Source of the DNA: Candidatus Latescibacterota bacterium
GTDB lineage: Bacteria; Latescibacterota; UBA2968; UBA8231
Assembly (NCBI GenBank): GCA_965217585.1
Contig: OZ244561.1
Span: forward strand, 5,792,001-5,856,000
Direction of reading: 5' to 3'
Length of the DNA stretch: 64,000 nt
The position numbers were made by a program, and so were the translations under genes. A model generated the notes under the pieces. It ran no database searches and was not told the origin of the DNA. It saw nothing but the letters and a program-made list of their open reading frames with translations. Below, in pieces: positions 1 through 9,782 of this stretch. Position 1 is the first letter of the stretch, and the number at the start of each line of letters is the position of its first letter.

Positions 1-252
1 ACGAAGAAGAATCAGGGTTGAAAGCTTTTGCTGATAATGGAAGCCACGCGCAGCCCAAGCCCCTGAACGCGACCTCCTCCAAGCAATATCGTGTTCGGTT
101 TCGTTCATCGAAGGTGTTACATCTCAATATTACTGGTTTGCTCGTAAGGCAGAATCTTCAAATCTCGTTAATCGTTACGGCGGTGCCCTGACCACGAAGA
201 TGAGACCTGAGCCGTTCCTCGGAGTACAACCGAAAATCAAGCTCTCGGTTTC

Positions 253-1059
253 TTATACCGCATCCAACGTCGGCGCATTGTCCTGACAGTGGACCGGTCG
301 GAAGAGCGTCTGTCGTTTAAACGGCATCTTTTCGAGGTGCTGCGGATGTGGCTCCCAACTATGCCACTTGTTTCCAACGGTATTGTAGCAATTGAAAATG
401 GCGATCCGATCGACAGTTTCGTCGGTCCACTTGGCACCGGTATGGGTGATCGCCTCCGTGAAGATAAGCACGGAGCCAGCGGGACAGGTGTAATCCTCCC
501 ACAACGAGGAGTTGCGATCCTCCGTTGACTTGGGAGCGGGAAACGCCCCTTTATGGCTACCGGTGAGGAACATGGTTCCACCGCAACCTTTTTGCACCGG
601 GTTGAGTTCCCAGACCACGCGCGTCAACCCGCTGTGTGCCTTGTCGTAGTGCAGATGATAGGTATGCGAGTTGCCGGGAAAGTTGAGCATCCCACGGCCA
701 CCGTGTGGTCGGAAAGCGTCGTGCCCGTTCGCACGAATGGTTAGAAACGTGCCTTCCAGCCGAAATCCATAACAGTTTTCGTTCGCGTAGGCCGAGGCCA
801 AAAATTCGTGCATGAATCCGCAGACAACAGGATGATCGGTTAGACTCTCTAAGGGACCGCCGATGGAATAGCGATGGTGTTCGGGAATTGACGCCGGTTC
901 CTGTTTGAGCTGGTAGCAGAACTCGCGCATCTCTTGAATCTCTGACTCACTGAGTACGCTAGGGATCAGAAGCCACCCGTGGGTATCAAAGAGATAGCGT
1001 TGTTCTTCCGTAAGTGGGATCGGTGATAGATTATCAGCATTCGTTGTAGGATTCAGCAT
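253..1059 (-). CDS. PhyH-family Fe(II)/2-oxoglutarate dioxygenase (HGG subtype)
   Basis: EQRYLFDTHGWLLIP N-terminus, PHGG, GGTMFLTGSHK, PAGSVLIFTEAITH; paralog of 2704..3576 and 20251..21006. Confidence 0.85.
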   Translation of the reverse strand: MLNPTTNADNLSPIPLTEEQRYLFDTHGWLLIPSVLSESEIQEMREFCYQLKQEPASIPEHHRYSIGGPLESLTDHPVVCGFMHEFLASAYANENCYGFRLEGTFLTIRANGHDAFRPHGGRGMLNFPGNSHTYHLHYDKAHSGLTRVVWELNPVQKGCGGTMFLTGSHKGAFPAPKSTEDRNSSLWEDYTCPAGSVLIFTEAITHTGAKWTDETVDRIAIFNCYNTVGNKWHSWEPHPQHLEKMPFKRQTLFRPVHCQDNAPTLDAV

Positions 1060-1077
1060 AACTTTCTTCCTCTTTTG

Positions 1078-1852
1078 GGCGTTGTTGCATGGAAAAACCG
1101 TTAGGGTCTTGAAATGCGGCAGGCTCTCCAGTTAGATTGGTTCGTGGTTTCCTACAAGAAACGCGTTCCTCTCTTCCCAAAGAGCCTGTGATGAGCAAAG
1201 TATCTGGCGGTTCGTGCTCGGTCAAGTCGAAAACGGTGTATCGGGTCCAGAATTGGTCGTCGTATAATCGGGCGTTGGTCCCCCTGCGTACGCAGGGGCT
1301 GACGGTCTGGCTGGACGATTCTTTGTGGAGGCGGTGGTATGCTCAGGGGCCGTCCCAACGGGGTGCTCAGTTTGTGTATTCGAACCCAGCGCAGGCATAA
1401 ACCGAGGCACTTGGTGATGGATTCGACGGGCTTTTAAGTCTATGGTGAGGGCGAGTGGAAAGTCCGCCAACAGGGCTGGACGAAACGGCGGACTTGGCGC
1501 AAACTGCATGTGGGGGTCCATGAGGCCACCGGCGAGGTGGTCGCCCAGACGTTGACGTCCAATCGTATCGATGATGCCTCGCAGGTCACCCCCCTGTTGG
1601 CCCAAGTCGACGAGGCGATGGCGGCGGTAGGGGGGGACGGAAACGCAGCTCTATCGCTATAAGCAACTCATCGGCGACCAGTTGAAGGCGCGTAGCTGGG
1701 CGAACCAACAGGTCGAAAGTCGCTTGGGCGGTGCGATCCTCAATCGAATGATCCATGTGGGCAAACCCGAGTCGTATGGGGTAGAAAAAATCAACTGACA
1801 AAGAAGCAACATTCAAGAACGATACCTGCGATATGATTCATGCAACAACGCC
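1078..1852 (+). mobile_element. Degenerate IS5-family (IS903-group) element, internally deleted and frameshifted transposase
   Basis: Perfect 14-bp TIR GGCGTTGTTGCATG (1078-1091) / CATGCAACAACGCC (1839-1852); fragments YRVQNWSSYNRALV..GLTVWLD, YGEGEWKVRQQG..RRTWRKLH and YRYKQLIGDQLKARSWANQQVE in different frames; only 775 bp. Confidence 0.85.
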
Positions 1853-1977
1853 GGGGGGAGATGCCGGAGGCATTTGCAGCGAAAGCGTGGAGTGAGATAG
1901 TCGCCAGAAAAGCGCGAGTTTGGATTCTGAAGTGATGCAACGCTGAACTCACTTCAACAAAGGTAGTGGGCTAAACA

Positions 1978-2280
1978 ATGATTTTAGAAGTTGCAATACT
2001 GGACGTTAAGTCCGGCCATGAGAAAGAGTTTGAAGCTGCTTTTGGCGAGGCGCAAGAGATTATATCAAGTATGGATGGCTACGTTTCCCATCAGCTACAG
2101 AAGTGTATTGAAATAGGCAATCGCTACATTCTTCTGGTAAATTGGCAAACGCTTGAAGATCATACTATTGGCTTCAGAGAGTCCGAACAGTACCAAGAAT
2201 GGCGTAGGCTGCTGCATCACTTTTACGATCCATTTCCCGAAGTGGAACACTATACGAGCGTTGACGGTGGTGACCTATGA
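1978..2280 (+). CDS. Antibiotic biosynthesis monooxygenase (ABM) family protein
   Basis: MILEVAIL..FEAAF..YILLVNWQTLEDHTIGFRES..WRRLLHHFYDPFP. Confidence 0.9.
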   Translation: MILEVAILDVKSGHEKEFEAAFGEAQEIISSMDGYVSHQLQKCIEIGNRYILLVNWQTLEDHTIGFRESEQYQEWRRLLHHFYDPFPEVEHYTSVDGGDL

Positions 2281-2693
2281 CTGGTGCAGTGATTTCCTAC
2301 AGCGACATACGAGATATTTCGCTGGAAGCCATACGGGAACTGTATGTATCCAATGATTGGTCAGCGGCCAAAAAACCGACTGCGCTTCGCAACGGCCTAC
2401 TAAACTCACATTCGCTATGGACTGCTTGGGATGGCGATCGTTTGATCGGATTAGGCAATGCGATCTCTGACGGTCATTTAGTTGTGTATTATCCCCATTT
2501 GCTCGTTCATCCAGACTATCAAAGACGGAGAATTGGATCGACATTGATGAGAAGACTCATGTCGATGTATGAAGGTTTTCATCAGCATATACTGGTTGCA
2601 GACGGCGAGGCGATCGACTTCTACAATAAGATTGGTTTTGAACGGGCTGGTAAGACTCAATCGATGTGGATTTACTCGGGCGATGATCACTAG
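2277..2693 (+). CDS. GNAT family N-acetyltransferase
   Basis: LLVHPDYQRRRIGSTL acetyl-CoA motif, FYNKIGF; ATGA overlap with upstream gene. Confidence 0.9.
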   Translation: MTGAVISYSDIRDISLEAIRELYVSNDWSAAKKPTALRNGLLNSHSLWTAWDGDRLIGLGNAISDGHLVVYYPHLLVHPDYQRRRIGSTLMRRLMSMYEGFHQHILVADGEAIDFYNKIGFERAGKTQSMWIYSGDDH

Positions 2694-2703
2694 CTATCGT
2701 GTA

Positions 2704-3576
2704 CTATATCAGATTACCTTCGACGTGGACGGGCCGGAAGAGTGTGCGGCGCTTGGGCGGCATGGCTTCGAGCGCCTCGGGGTGGGGCTGCCACTTGTGC
2801 CATTTGCTATCGACGTAATTGTAGCGGCTGAAGATGGCGCAGCGCTCGTGCTTGGTGCTGCCCCACGGGGAAGCGGTGTGGGTGGTGCTCTCTGCGAAAA
2901 TGAGCAGGGAGCCGGCCGGACACGTGTATTGGGTCCAAAGGTCCGAATCGAGCCTCTGGGCTCCGTCGGGCAGGGGGAAGGCGGCCTTGTGGCTGCCGCT
3001 GATGAGCAGGGTGCCGCCGCCACTGGCCTCGACCTCGTTCAATTCCCACACTACGCAGGTCAAGCTGCTGCGCGCCTTGCCGGGCACGCAGCGGTAGTTG
3101 TGCCCGTCGCCGGGTAGGCGCCACAGGCCATTGCCGTTGTGGGGTGCAAAGCCCCCTTCCCCGGTTTGGCGCATACTTAGGCTGGTCGATTCCATGCGAA
3201 AACCGTAGCAGTCCTGGCTCGACAGGTCGGGATGGGCGAGGAATTCGTTCATAAAACCGACGATAAAGGGGTGGTCGATCAGTTCTTCCAAAGGGCCGCC
3301 AATAGGGCTACGCTGTGGCTCCGGTAGCGATTCAGGTTCCTGGTGCAAGCGGTAGCAAAAGGCCCGCATCTCCTCCACTTCGTCTTCGCTAAGTAGACCG
3401 GGTATCAATAGCCAACCTTGGGTATCGAACAAGTACCTTTGTTCCGGCGTCGGATCAATTACCGGCTTGCCAACGGCGTTGGTCCGGGGTAGGTCAACCG
3501 CGTCTATATCGACGTAGCCGACGCGACTCTGTTGAAAGAGGAGGGGCTTGGCGGTGCTGGGATCAAATGCGGACAT
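2704..3576 (-). CDS. PhyH-family Fe(II)/2OG dioxygenase (HNG subtype)
   Basis: EQRYLFDTQGWLLIP, PHNG, GGTLLISGSHK, PAGSLLIFAESTTH. Confidence 0.85.
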   Translation of the reverse strand: MSAFDPSTAKPLLFQQSRVGYVDIDAVDLPRTNAVGKPVIDPTPEQRYLFDTQGWLLIPGLLSEDEVEEMRAFCYRLHQEPESLPEPQRSPIGGPLEELIDHPFIVGFMNEFLAHPDLSSQDCYGFRMESTSLSMRQTGEGGFAPHNGNGLWRLPGDGHNYRCVPGKARSSLTCVVWELNEVEASGGGTLLISGSHKAAFPLPDGAQRLDSDLWTQYTCPAGSLLIFAESTTHTASPWGSTKHERCAIFSRYNYVDSKWHKWQPHPEALEAMPPKRRTLFRPVHVEGNLI

Positions 3577-3664
3577 GGCTATTCCTTTCTCGGCTTTGGC
3601 TGGTTGGCCCAGCGAAGATAAGGCAATGAGGTTAGCGGCGCACAGACAGGGACGGAATGCTGCG

Positions 3665-4483
3665 TCAGCTAGCGGCGATCACCTGGCGCAAATGGGCCAC
3701 GGCCAAGCGCATGCATTCCTCGTGGCTGCAACGGTTGAACTCGCCTAGTTCAAAGACCAAGCCGATAGTGCCGTTGAAATCCACCCCGCGCAGAATTTCT
3801 AACACGCGCCTGTAGTCGATAAACTCCTCAACGCCGCTGTCGATCTTATAGATCTTGGCCCGCACGTACGTGGCAAAGGGTGCGGTCGGTTCCAGATAGT
3901 CTTTGTACAAATCGACGTTCGGATCGAACTCGCCGCGCGGATGCGAGCCAATGGCCCCCAGCCACTGCCCGGTATCCAACAGAAAGCTGAAATTGTCGCG
4001 CTCGGTCTCGCGCAGGATGCGCAACACTTGGTCCGCAGTCATGGCGAAACTGCCGTTGTCGTGGTTCTGCAAGGCGATCATGACCCCGCGTTGGGCTGCG
4101 TAGTCGGCAAGCGCTTGGAAATCCTCGATCATCGGACGCCACAGGGCCTCTTGTTCTTCGACGGTGTTCGGCCACTTGTGGCGCGCGAAAACGCGCAGCA
4201 CCTGCGCTCCTAGCAAAGCTGCGGTATCGACGTCGGCACGGCCCTGCTGCAAACGCGTGGCACGCTCCTCGGGCAGCCCCACAAAGCTGCCGGCTCCAGC
4301 ATAGCCGATGTTCAAACCGCGTTTGAGACAGAGGCTCTTGATGCGGTTGATATACTTGACGCTGCGGTCCATGCCCGACAAATGGAAATCGACGCCGTCT
4401 AGCTGGAAAAGGCGGGCTTGTTCGACGACCTGCTCAAGGGTGGTAGTGGGCGTCTGCCGGGCCATCGTGCTCAATTTGATCAC
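3665..4483 (-). CDS. Sugar phosphate isomerase/epimerase (xylose isomerase-like TIM barrel)
   Basis: AALLGAQVLRVF, ALQNH, LDTG, IDYRRVLEILRGVDFNGTIGLVFE. Confidence 0.8.
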   Translation of the reverse strand: MIKLSTMARQTPTTTLEQVVEQARLFQLDGVDFHLSGMDRSVKYINRIKSLCLKRGLNIGYAGAGSFVGLPEERATRLQQGRADVDTAALLGAQVLRVFARHKWPNTVEEQEALWRPMIEDFQALADYAAQRGVMIALQNHDNGSFAMTADQVLRILRETERDNFSFLLDTGQWLGAIGSHPRGEFDPNVDLYKDYLEPTAPFATYVRAKIYKIDSGVEEFIDYRRVLEILRGVDFNGTIGLVFELGEFNRCSHEECMRLAVAHLRQVIAAS

Positions 4484-4486
4484 AGC

Positions 4487-5173
4487 TTATTCCTCCTCGG
4501 GCCGCCAGTCTGATTTATCCTGCGGATAGTAGCCAATGGCGCGCCGCCCGTGGTCGAGGTCGTAGCGCGGCCAAGTGCTGTCCGACACTCCGTACACGAT
4601 CTCATAGCGCACCCCGGGGTGTACCACGGCCTGCTCAAAGACCCGCACGGCATCGCCGTGGCTGAGATGGTGCGGGTGCTCGGGCTGATCGCGCTTGAGG
4701 CTGAAATTGCCTATGCGCACTGCGACGAACTCCAGGCCGTGCCTCTCGGAGTAGGAATAGCCCATGTGCTCGCCGAATAGCTTGCTGACCGTATAGTGGC
4801 CCACTGGCTGGGGGCGCATATCAATGTGGCGCATAACGTGCTCGGGCCGGGGTCCGTGTACCCCGGCGCGACTGGCGTACGCCACCCGGCGCACTCCTTG
4901 GATGCGGGCAGCCTCCAACATATTGTACGTGCCGATAAAATTGCTGGACAGGGCCTTTTCCCACTCGCTATCGACGCCCGTCAAATGGATGATGGCCTCC
5001 ATGCCCTCGGCGGCTGCCAACAAAGCCTCGCAATCGGCCACATCGCCCACCCGGCTGTCTGCTAGGTCGGGCATTTCCACGCGGTCAAAACCGCGCAATT
5101 GGTGGCGCTGTCCCATCCCCTTGACCAGAGTGGAGCCGACCTGTCCGGCGGCACCGGTAATGAGTATTTTCAT
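4487..5173 (-). CDS. NAD-dependent epimerase/dehydratase (uronate dehydrogenase-like)
   Basis: MKILITGAAGQVG Rossmann motif, YTVSK catalytic YxxxK; start moved to ATG at 5173 behind GAGG. Confidence 0.85.
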   Translation of the reverse strand: MKILITGAAGQVGSTLVKGMGQRHQLRGFDRVEMPDLADSRVGDVADCEALLAAAEGMEAIIHLTGVDSEWEKALSSNFIGTYNMLEAARIQGVRRVAYASRAGVHGPRPEHVMRHIDMRPQPVGHYTVSKLFGEHMGYSYSERHGLEFVAVRIGNFSLKRDQPEHPHHLSHGDAVRVFEQAVVHPGVRYEIVYGVSDSTWPRYDLDHGRRAIGYYPQDKSDWRPEEE

Positions 5174-5304
5174 GGCTTCCTCTTCTGTTGTTGCGCTGTT
5201 TGACGAGCATTTGGGCCTTTCATACACTCAAATCCAAGCCCTTGAAACAAAATAATTCCTCCTAATCATTCCTCCTAATAAAAAAGAAGACTTTGAGTCC
5301 TCTT

Positions 5305-6261
5305 ATGCAATCCATTATTCCCAAGGGCATCCGCCCGGCCTACCCCGATGCGATCCCTGCCGCTGCTGTGCGCTCGAAGCTCGTGGAGTTGCTCGGCCTA
5401 GAAGAGATTCCCGCCGCGATCGACTACACTACAGAGGGCCGGCAAGAAGCGGGCGACCTTTGCACCATGCGAGTGAGCTACGAGAATTCGCTGGGTGAGA
5501 CCGTGCCGGGAATCCTCGTGGTGCCGAGGGAAGAATCAGCGCACAAACGGCCTGGTATTGTCTGCGTACCCGGCACCGGAGGGACGGCCGACGAGATTGC
5601 CCACCCGCGTTTTTGCGTAGCGCAGAGGCTGATGGGCTGGGCGCGCGAATTGGCGCGCCGGGGCTTTGCCACGCTGGCCATTTCCCCCAAAGGGTGCGAG
5701 GTGCGGCGCAAAAGCCTCGAAGAGTGGGCGACCGAAAACAAGCTGTTGGCACCGTACGGTCGCACGCAAATGGGCGTATTGGTCGAGGAAACTCTCAAAG
5801 GGGCGCGGCTTTTGACCGCCACCCCCGGGGTGGATCCCAACCGGATCGGACTGACCGGGATGTCGCTGGGTGGCAATGCGACTTGGTACTCAATGGCATG
5901 CGCTCCGTGGATCTGGGCAGGGGTGCCCGTCTGCGGCGGGGTGGGCAGCATGGCGCGGGCAATCCACCACGCCGCCGCAGACCGCCACAGCGCCTATTAT
6001 TTTATTCCCCATCTCCTGCGCCATTTCGACCACGCCGCCATCGTCGCGGCCTGTATGCCGCCGCGCCCCTTTATGATGATCGCTCCGACCCGGGATGAAG
6101 ACATGCCCCGCGAGGGCGTCGAAGAACTGATCCCGGTCGTCTCTCAGGCGTACGCAGAGGCGGGCTGTCCAGAGCGCTTCGAGGTCCGCCAGCCAGAAGG
6201 CAACCACGCCTTCCTCGTCGAGTACTTTGAATGGATGGCCGACTGGTTCCGCCGTGGCTAG
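5305..6261 (+). CDS. Alpha/beta hydrolase (dienelactone hydrolase / acetylxylan esterase-like)
   Basis: DPNRIGLTGMSLGG nucleophile elbow, GNHAF histidine. Confidence 0.85.
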   Translation: MQSIIPKGIRPAYPDAIPAAAVRSKLVELLGLEEIPAAIDYTTEGRQEAGDLCTMRVSYENSLGETVPGILVVPREESAHKRPGIVCVPGTGGTADEIAHPRFCVAQRLMGWARELARRGFATLAISPKGCEVRRKSLEEWATENKLLAPYGRTQMGVLVEETLKGARLLTATPGVDPNRIGLTGMSLGGNATWYSMACAPWIWAGVPVCGGVGSMARAIHHAAADRHSAYYFIPHLLRHFDHAAIVAACMPPRPFMMIAPTRDEDMPREGVEELIPVVSQAYAEAGCPERFEVRQPEGNHAFLVEYFEWMADWFRRG

Positions 6262-6272
6262 CCGATCCTGAC

Positions 6273-6863
6273 TTACTCTGCGTTGGCTTCGATCAATACC
6301 TGAATTTTTACTTCGTCTCCGAGCACGGCGCTGAAGCGTTCCCAGCTATTGACTCCGTAATCGGAGCAGAGTATGGAAAAATTCGTTTCTAGGCCGATCT
6401 GCGCCTTGCCACTCCGCGGATTGGTGCCGGTGCCGAGGATCTCGATGGGTAGGGTGACCTCTTTGGTGGTGCCGTGCATGGTCAGCTTGCCCTTCACGCT
6501 GAGGGTGTTTTCGCCCGTGCTGGCCGCCTCGGTGGATTCGAAGGTGATCGTGGGGTAGTCTTCGGCCCCGAAAAAGTCGTCACTTTGCAGGTGGCCATCG
6601 CGGCGTTCGTTGCCGGTGTCGATGCTCTTGACCTGAATGGTGCCGGAGAAGCTGGAGGAGTCGGGCTTGGCGGCGTCGTAGCCGATGGTGCCGCTAAAGT
6701 CACCGAAACGGCCCTTGGTGCGGCCGACGAGGTGGCGAATGCTGAAATCGACTGAAGAGTGCGCAGCATCGACCATATAGGTCTCCGCCAAGGTAGCCTC
6801 GGCGGTAAGAGCGAATGTCAGGGCGGCAACCCATGCGAAATGGAGTGCATTGGGGCGAGTCAT
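6273..6863 (-). CDS. YceI family exported protein
   Basis: Signal peptide; VDAAHSSVDFSIRH, SIDTGNERRDGHLQSDDFF, GKLTMHGTTKEV. Confidence 0.92.
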   Translation of the reverse strand: MTRPNALHFAWVAALTFALTAEATLAETYMVDAAHSSVDFSIRHLVGRTKGRFGDFSGTIGYDAAKPDSSSFSGTIQVKSIDTGNERRDGHLQSDDFFGAEDYPTITFESTEAASTGENTLSVKGKLTMHGTTKEVTLPIEILGTGTNPRSGKAQIGLETNFSILCSDYGVNSWERFSAVLGDEVKIQVLIEANAE

Positions 6864-7008
6864 GGAATGCTCCTTGGGCTATTGATGTGAGAGTGGATCA
6901 GGCATTTTGTACCTAGAATGCCTTTTGCTATACTGCTATACTAAAAATCTGGCGTAGTAAGATGTGAACCCATAGCAGCCGGGGCAAGTCGCCCGGCAGG
7001 AGACGGCG

Positions 7009-7857
7009 ATGATCAATTTCCCCCGTTCGTCCTTTACTTGGGAGGCCCATTCTTGGAAGCCGGACCCTTATTACAAGTGGCCCGGCGGCTTCGTCGGCGA
7101 GCACGGTCAGGTCTATCACGTGCGCTTCACCTTGGAGGCCCGTTGCGTGTTGCGCGACAGCGACGGGGCCGTGCTGGCCGAACTCTTTTTGGGCGCGCCC
7201 TGCCGCAGCGAATACACCATTGCCAGCGAAAACCTGTTCCAGATCCCCAGCGGCGAGTGGCGGATGGCCTTTAGCCGCTCCTCGATTCCGGCCATCGCCC
7301 AGCGGCCGAGCACGGAGCCCGAGGCGGTCAGTGCTACCTCGCTGGCGGATGCGTACCAGAATTACACCATTGACATCCGTTCCTATCCCGCATCCAAGGC
7401 GCTGGAGGAAGCCGACGCCATTGTGGCCTCGACCTTTGCCGGCGACGCGCAAAACGCCCGCTCGGTGTACCAAGACGCGGCGAGTGGTACTGAGGTCGAG
7501 CTCGAATATCCGATCAACGTCATGAACCTCAACGCGGCCGATGGCCAATACCAGATCTGTACCGGCCCGGTACTGCTGCCGGACTTGGCGACTTGGGATG
7601 GACGCGATGTGCATCGGGTCTTCGTCGCCCATGCGGCCTTCTCGCGCCGCGACCGGGTGGAGTTTATTTTGCGGCGTCCGGTGCAAGCAGCGCCGGAGGA
7701 GCGGGCGTGGCTCGACGAGCCCCGGGGCCGCGATCGGCTGGAATTGCTCGATCCCAATAACCCGCCCCCCGGCTATCCGCCTGCACGGGCCCAGCCGCTG
7801 GTGTACAACGAGATTTGGGATATGGCCGCGCACAACTCGGTGTTGCGGGCCGATTGA
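7009..7857 (+). CDS. Hypothetical protein
   Basis: 282-aa ORF, AGGAG RBS, backbone-like codon usage, directly upstream of an oxidoreductase. Confidence 0.75.
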   Translation: MINFPRSSFTWEAHSWKPDPYYKWPGGFVGEHGQVYHVRFTLEARCVLRDSDGAVLAELFLGAPCRSEYTIASENLFQIPSGEWRMAFSRSSIPAIAQRPSTEPEAVSATSLADAYQNYTIDIRSYPASKALEEADAIVASTFAGDAQNARSVYQDAASGTEVELEYPINVMNLNAADGQYQICTGPVLLPDLATWDGRDVHRVFVAHAAFSRRDRVEFILRRPVQAAPEERAWLDEPRGRDRLELLDPNNPPPGYPPARAQPLVYNEIWDMAAHNSVLRAD

Positions 7858-7888
7858 TTTCCAGACAGCTATCTAAAGGAGATTGACC

Positions 7889-8980
7889 ATGTATCGCGCC
7901 GCAGTTATCGGCCTAGGCTGGATGGGCCTACTCTATGATTTGGCCAGCCGGATCGGGGATCGCTTTGCAATCGACGATATCGATCGGCCCACGCCGCCGT
8001 TGGATATCCATCGCAAATTCCACCACTACGACCACCCCGGCGACGAGGGCAACCCCACCTCGTATGCCGAAGCGCTATGGGACCGGCCCGAGGTGGAGAC
8101 GGTCATCGCCGCTGACCGCGACCCCAAGCGGCTCAAAGCTTATGGCGAGCGCTATGGGGTTGAGGCACTCTACGAGGACGCCGAGGCCATGCTGCGAAAG
8201 GAGCGGCCGGCTATCGTCGCGGTATGTACCAACACCAAATACCGCGCGCATTTTACCTGTCTGGCCGTTGAGTGCGGGGCCAAGGGCATCGTCACCGAAA
8301 AGCCGATGGTGCATACGTTAGAGGAAGTGGACCGGATGGTGGGTACCTGCGCTGCGGCGGGGGTGCCCTTGTGTTGCGGGGCGATTACCACGACCCATCC
8401 TTCGTTTGCGCGGGCTAAGGAGCTGCTTGCCGAAGGGGCGATCGGCGAGTTGGTGTCGATCGAGGCCTCAGGCGCTGGGGCGCAGCATCAGAACTGGTCG
8501 TATTTCCTCGATGCTCCCCCAGCGTGGGTGGTCGGCACGGGGGATCAGCCGCGGCGGGAGTCGGGCAGCGACGAGTTCGCCGGTCAGGGGATGTTGGTGG
8601 CTGCGGACGGGACGGTGGTGCATTTCCGCAAGGGAGCACCGGGGGTGCGGTTGTGCGGCGAGCGCGGGGAGATGGTCTTCGACTATGGCAAGGGATGGCG
8701 GTTGTGGCAGCAGGTGGAAGGGCCAGCGGGGCCAGCGGTGGCGGAGCTGGATTGGCCGCAGCCGCAGTTCAATGTGCCGTATGGAGCGGTGTATTGCGTG
8801 GATGATGTGATGCGGTGTTTGGCCGGGGAGATGGAGGAGCCGAAGAATTCGGGACGGCGAGTGGGAGTGGCGTTAGAGGTAGAGGTGGCGTTGAAGGTTT
8901 CCTCAGCGCAGGGTGGGGAGCGAGTGGAGTTGCCGTTGCAGGATCGGTCGTTGGGGTTGAATTACGACTGGTTTCGCTAG
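7889..8980 (+). CDS. Gfo/Idh/MocA family oxidoreductase
   Basis: YRAAVIGLGWMG, GIVTEKPM. Confidence 0.88.
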   Translation: MYRAAVIGLGWMGLLYDLASRIGDRFAIDDIDRPTPPLDIHRKFHHYDHPGDEGNPTSYAEALWDRPEVETVIAADRDPKRLKAYGERYGVEALYEDAEAMLRKERPAIVAVCTNTKYRAHFTCLAVECGAKGIVTEKPMVHTLEEVDRMVGTCAAAGVPLCCGAITTTHPSFARAKELLAEGAIGELVSIEASGAGAQHQNWSYFLDAPPAWVVGTGDQPRRESGSDEFAGQGMLVAADGTVVHFRKGAPGVRLCGERGEMVFDYGKGWRLWQQVEGPAGPAVAELDWPQPQFNVPYGAVYCVDDVMRCLAGEMEEPKNSGRRVGVALEVEVALKVSSAQGGERVELPLQDRSLGLNYDWFR

Positions 8981-8992
8981 CCGGTACGGGCA

Positions 8993-9556
8993 TCAGCCTA
9001 GGCGTTTGATCTGAAAGTCCCGAAAGCGGATCCAGTGCTCGGCGTTCTCGGGGCCGTTGTAGCACTGGATGCTGACTTGATCGTCGCCGGGTGGGGGCAA
9101 CTCACCTCGCTCCGCGGTGTGGAATTGGTCCTCGCCCTCGGGCCGGTACTGGGCCTCCCAAGAGTCGGCGGTGACAAGGAGGCGCAGGCGCACGCTCTGG
9201 GTGGGCATGGGCTTGCGGCCGGGAATAATGTAGAGATCGCCGTCGATTAGTTCCTTGACTTGCTTGAAGATAGGCTCGCCGTTTTGGTACCAAGTGATGC
9301 CAGCCTGCTCGTACTGCTGGATGGGGTGGGTGTGGTTGTACACCGTCACTTCTATGGCCCAGGACCCTTCGCTGCGATCTGGGGCTGGGCGCAACAGCGC
9401 GTTTTGCACAGTCGCGGCCACACCCGGTTCGACGCGAATTTCCAGTCCGTCTTGCAAGCGCCAAAAGCCGGGATGTTCGCGCAGCCAGGTCCATTCGGGA
9501 TCGAGGGTGCCGTCGAAAGCATCGGAAAAGACGAGTTCTTCGCGCGCTGTAGTCAT
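8993..9556 (-). CDS. Hypothetical protein, probable concanavalin-like beta-sandwich (DUF1349-like)
   Basis: FSDAFDGTLDPEWTWLRE, QYEQAGI; AAGGAG RBS. Confidence 0.65.
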   Translation of the reverse strand: MTTAREELVFSDAFDGTLDPEWTWLREHPGFWRLQDGLEIRVEPGVAATVQNALLRPAPDRSEGSWAIEVTVYNHTHPIQQYEQAGITWYQNGEPIFKQVKELIDGDLYIIPGRKPMPTQSVRLRLLVTADSWEAQYRPEGEDQFHTAERGELPPPGDDQVSIQCYNGPENAEHWIRFRDFQIKRLG

Positions 9557-9782
9557 GTTTACTCCTTGGTTTCTCGTTCGTGTAATTCAGAACAATTGGG
9601 GCCTAACCGGCCTTATTATTTATGGGGCTTGATGCGCGCTGTCAATAAGGTGTTCGATGATCCTTGCCTTGGCTTCATTGGCGGGATACAGTATTGGGCG
9701 CAAATTTCACCACGAGGTGTTCCGTGATCGGCGAAGGGAAATTCTGCCGCCGATCCGTTCGACCGCATCAAGGAGTGGCCCC

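Noticed and set aside
5255-5279. ATTCCTCCTAAT direct duplication
   Set aside because: Only two 12-bp copies in a divergent promoter gap; function cannot be supported
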